Source of the DNA: Polyangiaceae bacterium
GTDB lineage: Bacteria; Myxococcota_A; Polyangia; Polyangiales; Polyangiaceae
Assembly (NCBI GenBank): GCA_965222375.1
Contig: CBDCTZ010000016.1
Location: 3,360,001 to 3,424,000 of the forward strand
Direction: 5' to 3'
DNA: 64,000 nucleotides
Shown here: piece by piece, positions 55,788 through 64,000 of the stretch
How positions within the stretch are numbered: the first letter of the stretch is position 1
Layout of the letters: the number at the start of each line of letters is the position of its first letter
The notes under the pieces: generated by a model
Database searches by the model: none
What the model was told of the DNA's origin: nothing
What the model saw: the letters and a program-made list of their open reading frames with translations, nothing else
Translations under genes and position numbers: made by a program

Positions 55788-57256
55788 CAGCCCGGCGCGT
55801 AGATGTGGAGCGTAGTTTTCAAGCTTGGAGTTTGGCTCGACGGCGTGAGGACGAAACCGAAGCGTCGACTCGCCGTGACGCCGATCTGATTGATGCTGAA
55901 GGACAGTACCGGCGGCGTCTCGCTGCCGAGAGAGAGGCTGGTTCCATTGCGTACGACGCTTCGGACCAGGGTTTGTTGCGGATCCGGTGGGTAGGCCGCG
56001 GTTGTAATGGCCAGACTCGGGTTGAGCAACGCAGATGGGCCAGCTAGCACGCTGTTGGCACTGCCCTTGTTGTAGGTTGCGACGACGACTTTCGCTTTGT
56101 CGTCGAAGGTGTCCGACGTCCCAACCAAGGGCCAGTACAGAACTGCCGCATCGGCTTCGATGGGTCCGCCATCCGGACCTGACACGCGATTGGTGCCCCA
56201 GAGCAGAGACCCCTCATATCCGCTGAGGAAACGGTGGGCGCTGAGAGAAGTCGGTACGTCAAAACTGAAGGCTTGCTCCGCGGATGAGCCTTGGGCGTTA
56301 GCCGTGCCGGCGTCCTTGACGAATCCGAAAGTCGGCGTTTGCTTCCCCGAACTCGTATCTGTCCGGTAGGTGATGATGCGAGTGCCACTGCTGGCGACGA
56401 CCGCCTGGCCGCTGGGCAGACCCGCTGCGGGAAACAAGGTGACTGCCGTTTGGTTCGTCAGCGGTGGAGTGAGCAGGGCCGATGGATAGAGGTTTCCGGC
56501 ATTGTTCTGAACCAGGAAGAAACCGTCTCCAGCGGCAGGGTAGACGGTGTTGTAGCTATCGGTGAAGTCCACCGCTGCGGTGCTGGCGGTCAGCGTCGTC
56601 GCCAAGGGATCCGAGGGCAAGTCTATCCAGGCGATGCTGAGCTTGTTCGAGGCGATCGGGCCCAGCATGATCAAGCGCCTTTCTGTCGCCAACATGCGGG
56701 TGATCGCAAAGGGTGGGGATTGCACGGTGAGGGGCTCTGGCGCCGTCGGGCTTATCACCCGGTAGCCGATTAGGCCGGCTGTCGTGCCGACAAACACATA
56801 GTCGTCCATGCCGGCGACGCAGCGACTGGCGATGCCGCCGCAGCCAATGTCGTTGTCTAGCGTCAGCGAATGGGCTTTGAAACTGAAGCTGGCTGGGTCT
56901 GAGCACTTTTTCTCTGTCGTGTCGCAGCCGCGTGCGGAGCACGCCGCCATGACGGGGCAGATTTCGTAGACACAAGTGCCCGTCGCGCAGCGGCCCTCGA
57001 TACAGCCGCCTTCGGTGGCGCATTGAAGGTCCGCGTCGCAGGCGCCGCCGGAATCCAGGATCTTGCCCCCCGTTCCACCACTGCCGGTTCCAGAACTTCC
57101 GCCGGTGGCGCCGCCAGCCCCACTCACGCCACCACCCTGTCCGCCCACACCCGCTTCGCTCGGAATCAGACTTTCATCCAAATCGAGGCTGCATGCCACG
57201 AACAAGCCCAGCACTCCGGTGGTGCCGGCTAGCGCTGCCCAGGTATGTGCCCTCAT
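55784..57256 (-). CDS. Gly-linker, Cys-rich lipoprotein with beta-rich C-terminal domain
   Basis: Lipobox FVAC, Gly linker, CDAD..C...C repeats. Confidence 0.8.
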   Translation of the reverse strand: MRAHTWAALAGTTGVLGLFVACSLDLDESLIPSEAGVGGQGGGVSGAGGATGGSSGTGSGGTGGKILDSGGACDADLQCATEGGCIEGRCATGTCVYEICPVMAACSARGCDTTEKKCSDPASFSFKAHSLTLDNDIGCGGIASRCVAGMDDYVFVGTTAGLIGYRVISPTAPEPLTVQSPPFAITRMLATERRLIMLGPIASNKLSIAWIDLPSDPLATTLTASTAAVDFTDSYNTVYPAAGDGFFLVQNNAGNLYPSALLTPPLTNQTAVTLFPAAGLPSGQAVVASSGTRIITYRTDTSSGKQTPTFGFVKDAGTANAQGSSAEQAFSFDVPTSLSAHRFLSGYEGSLLWGTNRVSGPDGGPIEADAAVLYWPLVGTSDTFDDKAKVVVATYNKGSANSVLAGPSALLNPSLAITTAAYPPDPQQTLVRSVVRNGTSLSLGSETPPVLSFSINQIGVTASRRFGFVLTPSSQTPSLKTTLHIYAPGC

Positions 57257-58245
57257 CAGAACGAGCCCTCCGCAAAGACCCCCGATGGTGTGACCCGTAG
57301 CCCCACTTCACTGGGCGGCTTTTCGGGTCCCGACGACATGGATTGCCAAACCACCAAGCCGATGCCGGCGGCGGTTAGCACTCCCCCTGTGATGAACAAG
57401 ATGTTCGTTTTGGTCTCCAGACCCTTTGCATGGTCCAACGTTTCCTGAGTCGGAGCTGCCTTGTAGGTGTCTTCGGCGTCCTTTGCGGAAATCCCGAGCA
57501 ATGCGCCGCCTGCAAGGGTTGCCACGCCGGCGCCCGTGGCCACGAAGCCCACGGTCGCCCACGCATTCGAAGGTTCCTTCTCTACCCGCACTGGCTGCTT
57601 TTTGGGTTCGGCCAGCGGGACCGGCTCGGCGGCCTTCTTGGGCGGGGCTTTCTCCTCCGGCGTCGCCTTCTTGGTCGTGTCCATTTCCACGGTGCCGCCC
57701 TTTTCGAGGTTCACGGTTCGGGATTCCGTCTGGCCGTCTGCGCGCACGATGGTCACCACATGCGGCCCAGGGCTGCCGTGGAGTCGGGCTGGCGCGGCCG
57801 TTTCCATTTGGTCGTCCAGCTGCACTCGAGTGCTGTCTGGGCCCATCACGACGACCACGCCCGTTTCTTTCTCCAGTTCCGCTAGCCGTTCCCGCGAGCG
57901 CGTGGCCTGGGTGTCGCTCAGCTTGGGCGTGGCGAGCGCTTTGGCGTAAGCGTCTGCGGCGCGAGCCAGTTCTCCCGCAAGCTCCCAAGCTTGGGCAGCG
58001 GTGTAAAGAGCTACTGCGTGGGGGCGCAGCCGGCTGGCCGCCTCGAAGCCGCGCGCCGCTTCCTTGTAGCGCTTGTCCTTCATGGCGTCCTTGGCCTCGT
58101 TGTAGAGCTGCCTAGCCTGCTTCGTGGTGTCGTCGGCGTCGGCGTGAGCCGTGCTCGCCGTCAACGTCGGCACGACGCTGGCGGCGCTAAGGCTGACGCA
58201 GAGGGCGAGCGAGCTCAGACGGGAGTGATTGCGTAATCCAAGCAT
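57256..58245 (-). CDS. TPR + PEGA-like secreted/membrane protein
   Basis: Signal peptide, ARQLYNEA TPR, PGPHVVT, C-terminal VTPSGVFAEGSF. Confidence 0.8.
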   Translation of the reverse strand: MLGLRNHSRLSSLALCVSLSAASVVPTLTASTAHADADDTTKQARQLYNEAKDAMKDKRYKEAARGFEAASRLRPHAVALYTAAQAWELAGELARAADAYAKALATPKLSDTQATRSRERLAELEKETGVVVVMGPDSTRVQLDDQMETAAPARLHGSPGPHVVTIVRADGQTESRTVNLEKGGTVEMDTTKKATPEEKAPPKKAAEPVPLAEPKKQPVRVEKEPSNAWATVGFVATGAGVATLAGGALLGISAKDAEDTYKAAPTQETLDHAKGLETKTNILFITGGVLTAAGIGLVVWQSMSSGPEKPPSEVGLRVTPSGVFAEGSF

Positions 58246-58359
58246 GGGGCAGGGGTCCTCGAAGGTAGGCGCGCTCGTAGGCGCGCGCCCAGATGTTGGC
58301 ACGATCGAAACCAGGTCGGCAAAACGTGGCTCCCGGCGAGGTGTGAACCATGCTCGCCG

Positions 58360-60102
58360 CTAAAAGGGATTCTCCGGGATATCGAGCTTTGGAGGCTTTT
58401 TGGGCTTCGTCGGCTTGTCCTCCCTGGAGGTCGACGCCGGGGAGGACCCGGACGTCGAGGTCGATGTTTTCACTGGAGCTGGCTCGTCCAGCTTTGCCAG
58501 CATCACCTCGAGTACGTCGGGGGTGTCAGCATCCAAACGCAAGGTGTCCGTGTGGTAGCCGACCGCGCTCGCCTTCAGCATGGAAAACTTGCCTGCCGGC
58601 GGTCGCGGTACTTTCGGTTCTGCGCCAACCAACCGCTTGCCATCCAGCTCGAACGCGACGCGCCCCTTTGGGCTGACGGTTCGAATTATGATGTCGGATT
58701 TCTGGGGGGCTGCCGGTGCCGGTTTGGTTTCTTTCGCCGGCTTGGCCGGGGTCGCAACCGGTGGCGGCGCGACCGCGGCCGGTGCTGGCGGCGGGGGGCT
58801 GTCCTTGCTGGAACGCAGCAAGAAAATGCCAGCGCCGCCCACGGCGAAAACCAAGACGCCGATGCCTATGCCAAATAGTGCGGTGCGGGCAGTGGTGTCT
58901 TGTTGCCGTGCCGGTGGTGGGTGCGGGTACGCGTAGGGCGCCGCTGGAGGCGTGAAAGAGCCGCTGGGCGTCACCAGAGGCTGCACGCTGCGAATGGCGC
59001 TTGCGCTGGGGTTGGAGATTTTGGAGCTGGAAGCCTCGGCTGGCTGGCTGAAGGGCGCTTCGGGAACCTGTGCGCTGTTGCGAGTTCGTTCCCGAATGAG
59101 CGAGGTGCGTTCGTCCACGACGCCGCCCACCCGCTCTCGGGCTAGCTCGGCGACCTGGGTTTCCGTCACGACCGAACCCGAACGAGCCAGATACTCCTCT
59201 AGCGCCCGACGCATGTCGTTGGCTGTGGGATAACGCTCCTCCGGGTCGATACTCATGGCCTTGAGTACGATGGCCTCGAGCTCGGGCGGGTATCCTGGCG
59301 CGACAGATCGGGGCGGAGCGAACTTCCCGGCGAGAAGGGCCTGGAGCGTCGCGACTTGGCTCTCTCCGGAGAATGGCCGGGAGCCAGTCGTGACCTCGTA
59401 AAGGCAGATCCCGAGTGCGAAAACGTCGCTCCGGCGGTCTAGCTTTGCGCCTCCTGCCTGCTCCGGCGCCATGTAGGCGGCTTTGCCTTTGATCTGTCCG
59501 GCGGCCGTAGCTTCGTGGCTACTCCCCAACGCTTTCGCTACGCCAAAGTCCGTCACCTTCACGGTGCCACCGACGCTCACCAAGATGTTCTGAGGTGACA
59601 CATCTCGGTGGACCACGTTCAGAAGTTCGCCGTGTTCGTCTTTCTGCTGGTGCGCAGCGTGCAACCCAGCTGCGGCGTCCGCGATGATGCGAGCCGCCAC
59701 TCGGAACTCCAGGGGGTTGGCGCCGCCCCTTTGGCCTCCTCGCCGCGCGGGTTTGAAGATACGAGCCAGACTCTCGCCATTGACCCATTCCATGGCGATG
59801 TACAGAACGCCGTGGTCTTCGCCAAGATCGAAGATCTCGCAGACATTGGGGTGATGGACGCCGGCGGCAACCCGCGCTTCGTCCAAGAACATCGCCTCGA
59901 AATCTGGGTCACTCGCCAGCGCCGGCAAGATGGTCTTGATCGCGACAACCTTGGAGAAGCCCCGCTGACCATGCTGTTTTGCAGCCCAGACGCGTGCCAT
60001 GCCGCCTTCGGCGATGCCGAGCAGGACTTCGTAACGCCCAAGGCGCACGCCCGGGCGAACCTCGAAGTTGCCAGCAAATCCAGCCTCCAAAGCCGTCATC
60101 AA
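58360..60102 (-). CDS. Ser/Thr protein kinase with TM helix and C-terminal PEGA-like domain
   Basis: AEGGMARVW, HRDVSPQN, DFG, GKAAYMAPEQ; terminal ENPF. Confidence 0.93.
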   Translation of the reverse strand: MMTALEAGFAGNFEVRPGVRLGRYEVLLGIAEGGMARVWAAKQHGQRGFSKVVAIKTILPALASDPDFEAMFLDEARVAAGVHHPNVCEIFDLGEDHGVLYIAMEWVNGESLARIFKPARRGGQRGGANPLEFRVAARIIADAAAGLHAAHQQKDEHGELLNVVHRDVSPQNILVSVGGTVKVTDFGVAKALGSSHEATAAGQIKGKAAYMAPEQAGGAKLDRRSDVFALGICLYEVTTGSRPFSGESQVATLQALLAGKFAPPRSVAPGYPPELEAIVLKAMSIDPEERYPTANDMRRALEEYLARSGSVVTETQVAELARERVGGVVDERTSLIRERTRNSAQVPEAPFSQPAEASSSKISNPSASAIRSVQPLVTPSGSFTPPAAPYAYPHPPPARQQDTTARTALFGIGIGVLVFAVGGAGIFLLRSSKDSPPPPAPAAVAPPPVATPAKPAKETKPAPAAPQKSDIIIRTVSPKGRVAFELDGKRLVGAEPKVPRPPAGKFSMLKASAVGYHTDTLRLDADTPDVLEVMLAKLDEPAPVKTSTSTSGSSPASTSREDKPTKPKKPPKLDIPENPF

Positions 60103-60201
60103 GTACCTTTCGGCAGTATATCAGCCCAGCGGCGAAGGGCAGGCATGACCTTCCGTCACACGCTGCGACCTTTCCTTACACTGCGTTTCCTGGGCTTTTT
60201 C

Positions 60202-60435
60202 CTACATGCTGCTCTGAGCTCCGGAGGCCCGCGCCATCACCACGCGATTCCCGTACGCCGGAGGCGGGGCAATCAGCTTGGGTGCGGTGTCATCCGGAGT
60301 GCTGCCGGGGCGAATCTCCGTGCTCGGAGGGGTAACCCGTGGCGGTGGCGATGCGGGCTGTATTGCCGCGCTACCGCCGCAGCCTGTGGCGAGCGAAAAT
60401 GCAAGAGCCGCGCTGAAAAAAAATTTTCGGCTCAT
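60202..60435 (-). CDS. Small lipoprotein
   Basis: Signal with ATGC; LIAPPPAYGNRVV. Confidence 0.65.
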   Translation of the reverse strand: MSRKFFFSAALAFSLATGCGGSAAIQPASPPPRVTPPSTEIRPGSTPDDTAPKLIAPPPAYGNRVVMARASGAQSSM

Positions 60436-60448
60436 ATTCTAAATATGA
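60432..60448. promoter_or_regulatory. AT-rich palindrome TCATATT-CTA-AATATGA, operator candidate
   Basis: Perfect 7-3-7 inverted repeat overlapping the start codon at 60435. Confidence 0.5.
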
Positions 60449-60595
60449 CACCGAATCGAGATTTCGCCACTGCTTGACGGGGTTTTTCCGTGTCAAAAGG
60501 GGGCTCCGCAACGCTGGCTGCTCGCTTCGATTTGGACACGAGCCCGCGCACGAGTCGCTCAACAAGCGGCGTGAAGTTTTGCTAGGGTCCGTCGC

Positions 60596-61177
60596 GTGGA
60601 TCGGGGGACGCATGTCTTCTGGGGGATCATTACGGCGCTGGTCATTGCCTCCGCCATTTTCGGCTCGCTTGCAGAAGACCGACGGCGCGCGGCGCAAACC
60701 CGCGGAGGAGATCTGCAAACGGGTGACATGGTTCAGCTCTTCCGCGTGACGGATGGCGACACTCTTGTCGTCCGCACGAAGGACGGGGATGAGGCAGTCG
60801 TGCGGCTCTTGGGTATCAAGTGCTTCGAACCGTCTCGCGGCAAGGATCCCATCGCCAAGTTCGGAAGGGCAGCGATCAAAGCCGTCAAGCGCCGCGTCGG
60901 GGACCAGCCGCTTCGGGTCCTGCTCCATTCCACGCCCAAGGATCGCCACGGTCGCACCATTGCCACGCTGATCATCGGGGAGGACGATCTGGCCCGGTAC
61001 CTGATCAGCCAGGGGCATGCACTGGTTTATCCGGTCTACCCCTTCCCGACGATGCCCGTCTATCTGGACGCGCAGTCCAAGGCCCGCGATCAGGGCAACG
61101 GGCTGTGGGCAGATGATGCCGCCAGCCGACGTGCCGACGTGCTGTTGGCCGACTGGGGAAAGCGGGCAGCAGAATGA
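60596..61177 (+). CDS. Thermonuclease (SNase) family protein
   Basis: VTDGDTL, VRLLGI, DRHGRTIA, GLW. Confidence 0.9.
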   Translation: MDRGTHVFWGIITALVIASAIFGSLAEDRRRAAQTRGGDLQTGDMVQLFRVTDGDTLVVRTKDGDEAVVRLLGIKCFEPSRGKDPIAKFGRAAIKAVKRRVGDQPLRVLLHSTPKDRHGRTIATLIIGEDDLARYLISQGHALVYPVYPFPTMPVYLDAQSKARDQGNGLWADDAASRRADVLLADWGKRAAE

Positions 61178-62217
61178 TCGCAGTGCTGTTTCGCTTCTTC
61201 AAGCGACGGATTCTCAAGAATCCGGCGGCGCCCTTGCGCGTCGCGGTACTGCTACTGGCCGTGCTCTCCTACGGCACGACGGGCTTTCTCTATTACGAGT
61301 TGGAGGTCAATCCGGACCTCGGCTGGCAAGATGCCATCTGGTACGCCGTCGTGACCATGACGACCGTCGGCTACGGCGACTTCTACCCCCAGACCGTGGG
61401 CGGGCGGTTCGTAGTCGCGGTACCGCTGATGTTCTTCGGCATCGGCCTGCTTGGCTATGTGCTGTCAGTTGCGGCCAGCTTGTTGGTGCAGGCCAAGACC
61501 AAGGAGTTTCGTGGAATGAGCACGCACAAGTTGAACAAGCACCTCGTGGTCATCAACTACCCTGGGCTGGCTCGCATGGAGCGCTTGCTGGCGGAGCTGG
61601 AAGGAGACCCAGAATTTGGCCAGCGGGAAATCGTTTTGGTGGACGAAGACCTGGAAGAGTTGCCTCCAGAGTTGCTCAAGCTCGACGTTGCCTACGTGCG
61701 AGGCAATCCGACTCGAGATGAGACCTTGACTCGTGCGAGCCTAGACAAAGCGACCTATGCGGTCGTGTTCAGCAAGACGCCCGGGGATGCACATTCCGAC
61801 GACCTCAACCTCGCAGTGACTTTGGCGATCGAAGCGCGTTCCAATGCCGTCTATACCGTCGTCGAGTGCGTGGACTACACGACCCAAGAGTTGCTCCGAA
61901 AAGCCGGCTGCGACCGGATCGTGTGCACTTCACGTTTCTCAGCCCACTTCCTAAGCCATGAGCTTCTCAATCCCGGGGTCCAGGAGGTCGTGGAGGAGCT
62001 CACCACTAACTTGCACGGCCAGCAGATCTACGTCACCGCCTACCGTGGCAAGCCCCGCCAGGCCTCGGACATCAGCAAGATCTGCATCGAAGCCGGGCAT
62101 CTGCTGATTGGTCTCCGGCACGGACAGGACACCAGCTTGAATCCGGCCTCGGATCTGGCAGTCGAGGACGGTGACTCTGTGATCAGCATCGGAAAAGCGC
62201 GCCTGTCCCTGGGCTGA
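61174..62217 (+). CDS. Potassium channel (2TM pore + RCK/TrkA domains)
   Basis: TMTTVGYGD selectivity filter; RCK domain. Confidence 0.93.
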   Translation: MIAVLFRFFKRRILKNPAAPLRVAVLLLAVLSYGTTGFLYYELEVNPDLGWQDAIWYAVVTMTTVGYGDFYPQTVGGRFVVAVPLMFFGIGLLGYVLSVAASLLVQAKTKEFRGMSTHKLNKHLVVINYPGLARMERLLAELEGDPEFGQREIVLVDEDLEELPPELLKLDVAYVRGNPTRDETLTRASLDKATYAVVFSKTPGDAHSDDLNLAVTLAIEARSNAVYTVVECVDYTTQELLRKAGCDRIVCTSRFSAHFLSHELLNPGVQEVVEELTTNLHGQQIYVTAYRGKPRQASDISKICIEAGHLLIGLRHGQDTSLNPASDLAVEDGDSVISIGKARLSLG

Positions 62218-62278
62218 GTCGCGGTCTTTTTTCGCTGCGTGAATTGCACTTTGTCGAGCTCCGCCTGATGCTCCTTTC

Positions 62279-64000
62279 GTGATTCGATTCTTCATTGCTC
62301 TGGTTGCCAACGCGTTTCGACTACTCCTGCTGCCCTTGATGTGGCTGCGGCGGGTTCGAGCGGTGCCGCAGGGCGGCTGGGTTTGGCTGCGGATCGACGG
62401 GCCGGTGGTGGAGCTAGGGAGAAAACCCCGCCGTTGGGACCGGCGCACGCGCGCATTGTCGCTGCACAGTCTGCGCCAAGATCTGAAGCTTGTCGCCGCG
62501 GATGTCCGCGTTCAGGGGCTCGTGGTGAGCATCGACTCTATGGATGCCGGAACAGCAACCGCGGAGTCCTTGCGTGAGGTGCTCGCCGGGTTCAAGGCCA
62601 GCGGCAAGTCGCTGTGCGTGTACCTCCCCCGTGGAGGCGCGGCAAAGACGTTCTTTGTGGCTAGCATCGCTGACCGCCTCTTCCTCGGTACCGAGGCGCT
62701 GGCCGAACCATCGGGCTATGCGGTGACCACGCCCTACGTCGCTGGATTTCTCGATCGCGCTGGTATCGATCGAGAGGTGATTGCCCGTGGCCGCTACAAG
62801 ACCATGGCGGAACCGACGGTGCGGGAAAACATGAGCGAAGCCCAACGCGAACAAGTGGGCGCGTATCTGGACGCGGTTCACGACAACTTGGTGTCCGCCC
62901 TCTCCGAAGGCCGGGGCCTCGAGCCGCACCAGGTTTGTGAGATCATCGACGAAGGGCTGCTCACGGCTGAAGAAGCCAAGCAGCGAGGCTTGTGCGATGC
63001 CGTGCTGCACCCGGATGAGGTGGCCACCACTCTGGATCCCGATCGTGCGGACGGCGCGGTGATGGTGGAGCTCAAGTCCTACGTTGCTCGGCGGCGCATT
63101 CGATTCCGCCCGCTGCTGAGAAAGCCGACCCTCGCGGTCCTGCCCCTTCAGGGGCCGATCGTCGAGAAGTCTCCGTCACCCTTCTTCCCTGCGGCCGAAG
63201 AGCGGACGATCGTCGAGCGCTGCCGCGAGCTATGGGCGGACGATAGCGTGCCCGGTGTGCTGTTGGCGGTGAATACGGGAGGCGGGGGTGCCCTCGCGTC
63301 GGAGCGCATCCGACGTGCCCTCACCCGACTTGCCGACAGGAAGCCGGTCGTAGCCTATCTGGCGAATATCGCCGCGAGTGGCGGGTACTTGGCGGCCGTA
63401 GCGGCGCCAACCATCGTTGCACGGAAGACGACATTGACCGGGTCGATTGGAGTGATCGCTGCACGTCTGACTCCCGCGCCCCTGCTTCGGCGTCTGAATG
63501 TCAGCGTAGAAGTCGAGAAACGAGGCGCCCGTGCGGACATCCACAGCGGTGCGCGTGTGCTCGACCCTGGTGAGCGAGAGCGCTTCGACAGCTATGTGGA
63601 CGCTTCCTACGACTCTTTCCTGCGCGCGGTGGCCGATGGCCGCCGCATGGACGTCGAGGCGGTCCATGAAGTCGCGCAGGGCCGGGTGTGGAGTGGCAGT
63701 GATGCGCTCGCTCGGGGGCTAGTCGACAAGCTGGGTGGCTTTCAGACGGCGCTGGAGACCCTCCGAGCGGCCGTCGGACCCAAAGCGGTACGGTTCGAAC
63801 CGAAAGTTGTGCCTCTCGAGGGTGCTGGTGGAGCGCTGGCCTCACTATTTACCCGCTACGCGATGCCCTGGGTGCTGTCGCCTCTGGCACGGGGGTTGCT
63901 CGGTTCTGAATCGCACTGGTTACTGCCTGCCCTTGCAAAAGAGCGAGCACTCGCGGCCGCCACGTGGGCGCCGGCGGACGCCCACGCGGCTTTTGACGCC
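62279..64000 (+). CDS. sppA: Signal peptide peptidase SppA (two-domain S49), partial at the window end
   Basis: Manual translation: GRYKT..E, NTGGGGALASERI, KPVVAY...AASGGY, TLTGSIGV, QGRVWSG, GLVD.LGG. Confidence 0.88.
   Translation, partial: MIRFFIALVANAFRLLLLPLMWLRRVRAVPQGGWVWLRIDGPVVELGRKPRRWDRRTRALSLHSLRQDLKLVAADVRVQGLVVSIDSMDAGTATAESLREVLAGFKASGKSLCVYLPRGGAAKTFFVASIADRLFLGTEALAEPSGYAVTTPYVAGFLDRAGIDREVIARGRYKTMAEPTVRENMSEAQREQVGAYLDAVHDNLVSALSEGRGLEPHQVCEIIDEGLLTAEEAKQRGLCDAVLHPDEVATTLDPDRADGAVMVELKSYVARRRIRFRPLLRKPTLAVLPLQGPIVEKSPSPFFPAAEERTIVERCRELWADDSVPGVLLAVNTGGGGALASERIRRALTRLADRKPVVAYLANIAASGGYLAAVAAPTIVARKTTLTGSIGVIAARLTPAPLLRRLNVSVEVEKRGARADIHSGARVLDPGERERFDSYVDASYDSFLRAVADGRRMDVEAVHEVAQGRVWSGSDALARGLVDKLGGFQTALETLRAAVGPKAVRFEPKVVPLEGAGGALASLFTRYAMPWVLSPLARGLLGSESHWLLPALAKERALAAATWAPADAHAAFDA

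Overview
GC-rich chromosomal window whose gene content suggests a myxobacterium (Polyangiaceae/Sorangiineae-like); the taxonomy is inferred. Housekeeping genes include ribA, holA, ribF, prfB, lysS, lolC/E, lolD, astA, a PhoH2-type gene, a K+ channel and a partial sppA. They are interspersed with myxobacterial Ser/Thr kinases, PEGA/TPR proteins, Gly-rich lipoproteins and a TonB-fused receptor. Highlights: (1) prfB has the +1 CTT-TGA frameshift and is directly followed (TAG|ATG) by a CxxU SelW/Rdx-type selenoprotein gene with a SECIS-like hairpin, absent from the ORF track, so two UGA-recoded genes sit in tandem. (2) An ABC-F gene has an MTNLR uORF attenuator-like leader that is duplicated about 10.67 kb away. 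The two ~260-bp copies bracket an accessory island of kinases, a TxxD-repeat membrane protein, PEGA/TPR proteins, a PGRS-like lipoprotein, two RHH-like genes and DUF559. (3) An orphan YG-repeat, RiPP-like precursor. (4) Two enhancer-binding-like proteins lacking GAFTGA. (5) Two adjacent frameshifted lipoprotein genes. No rRNA, tRNA, CRISPR array, integrase or transposase was recognised.
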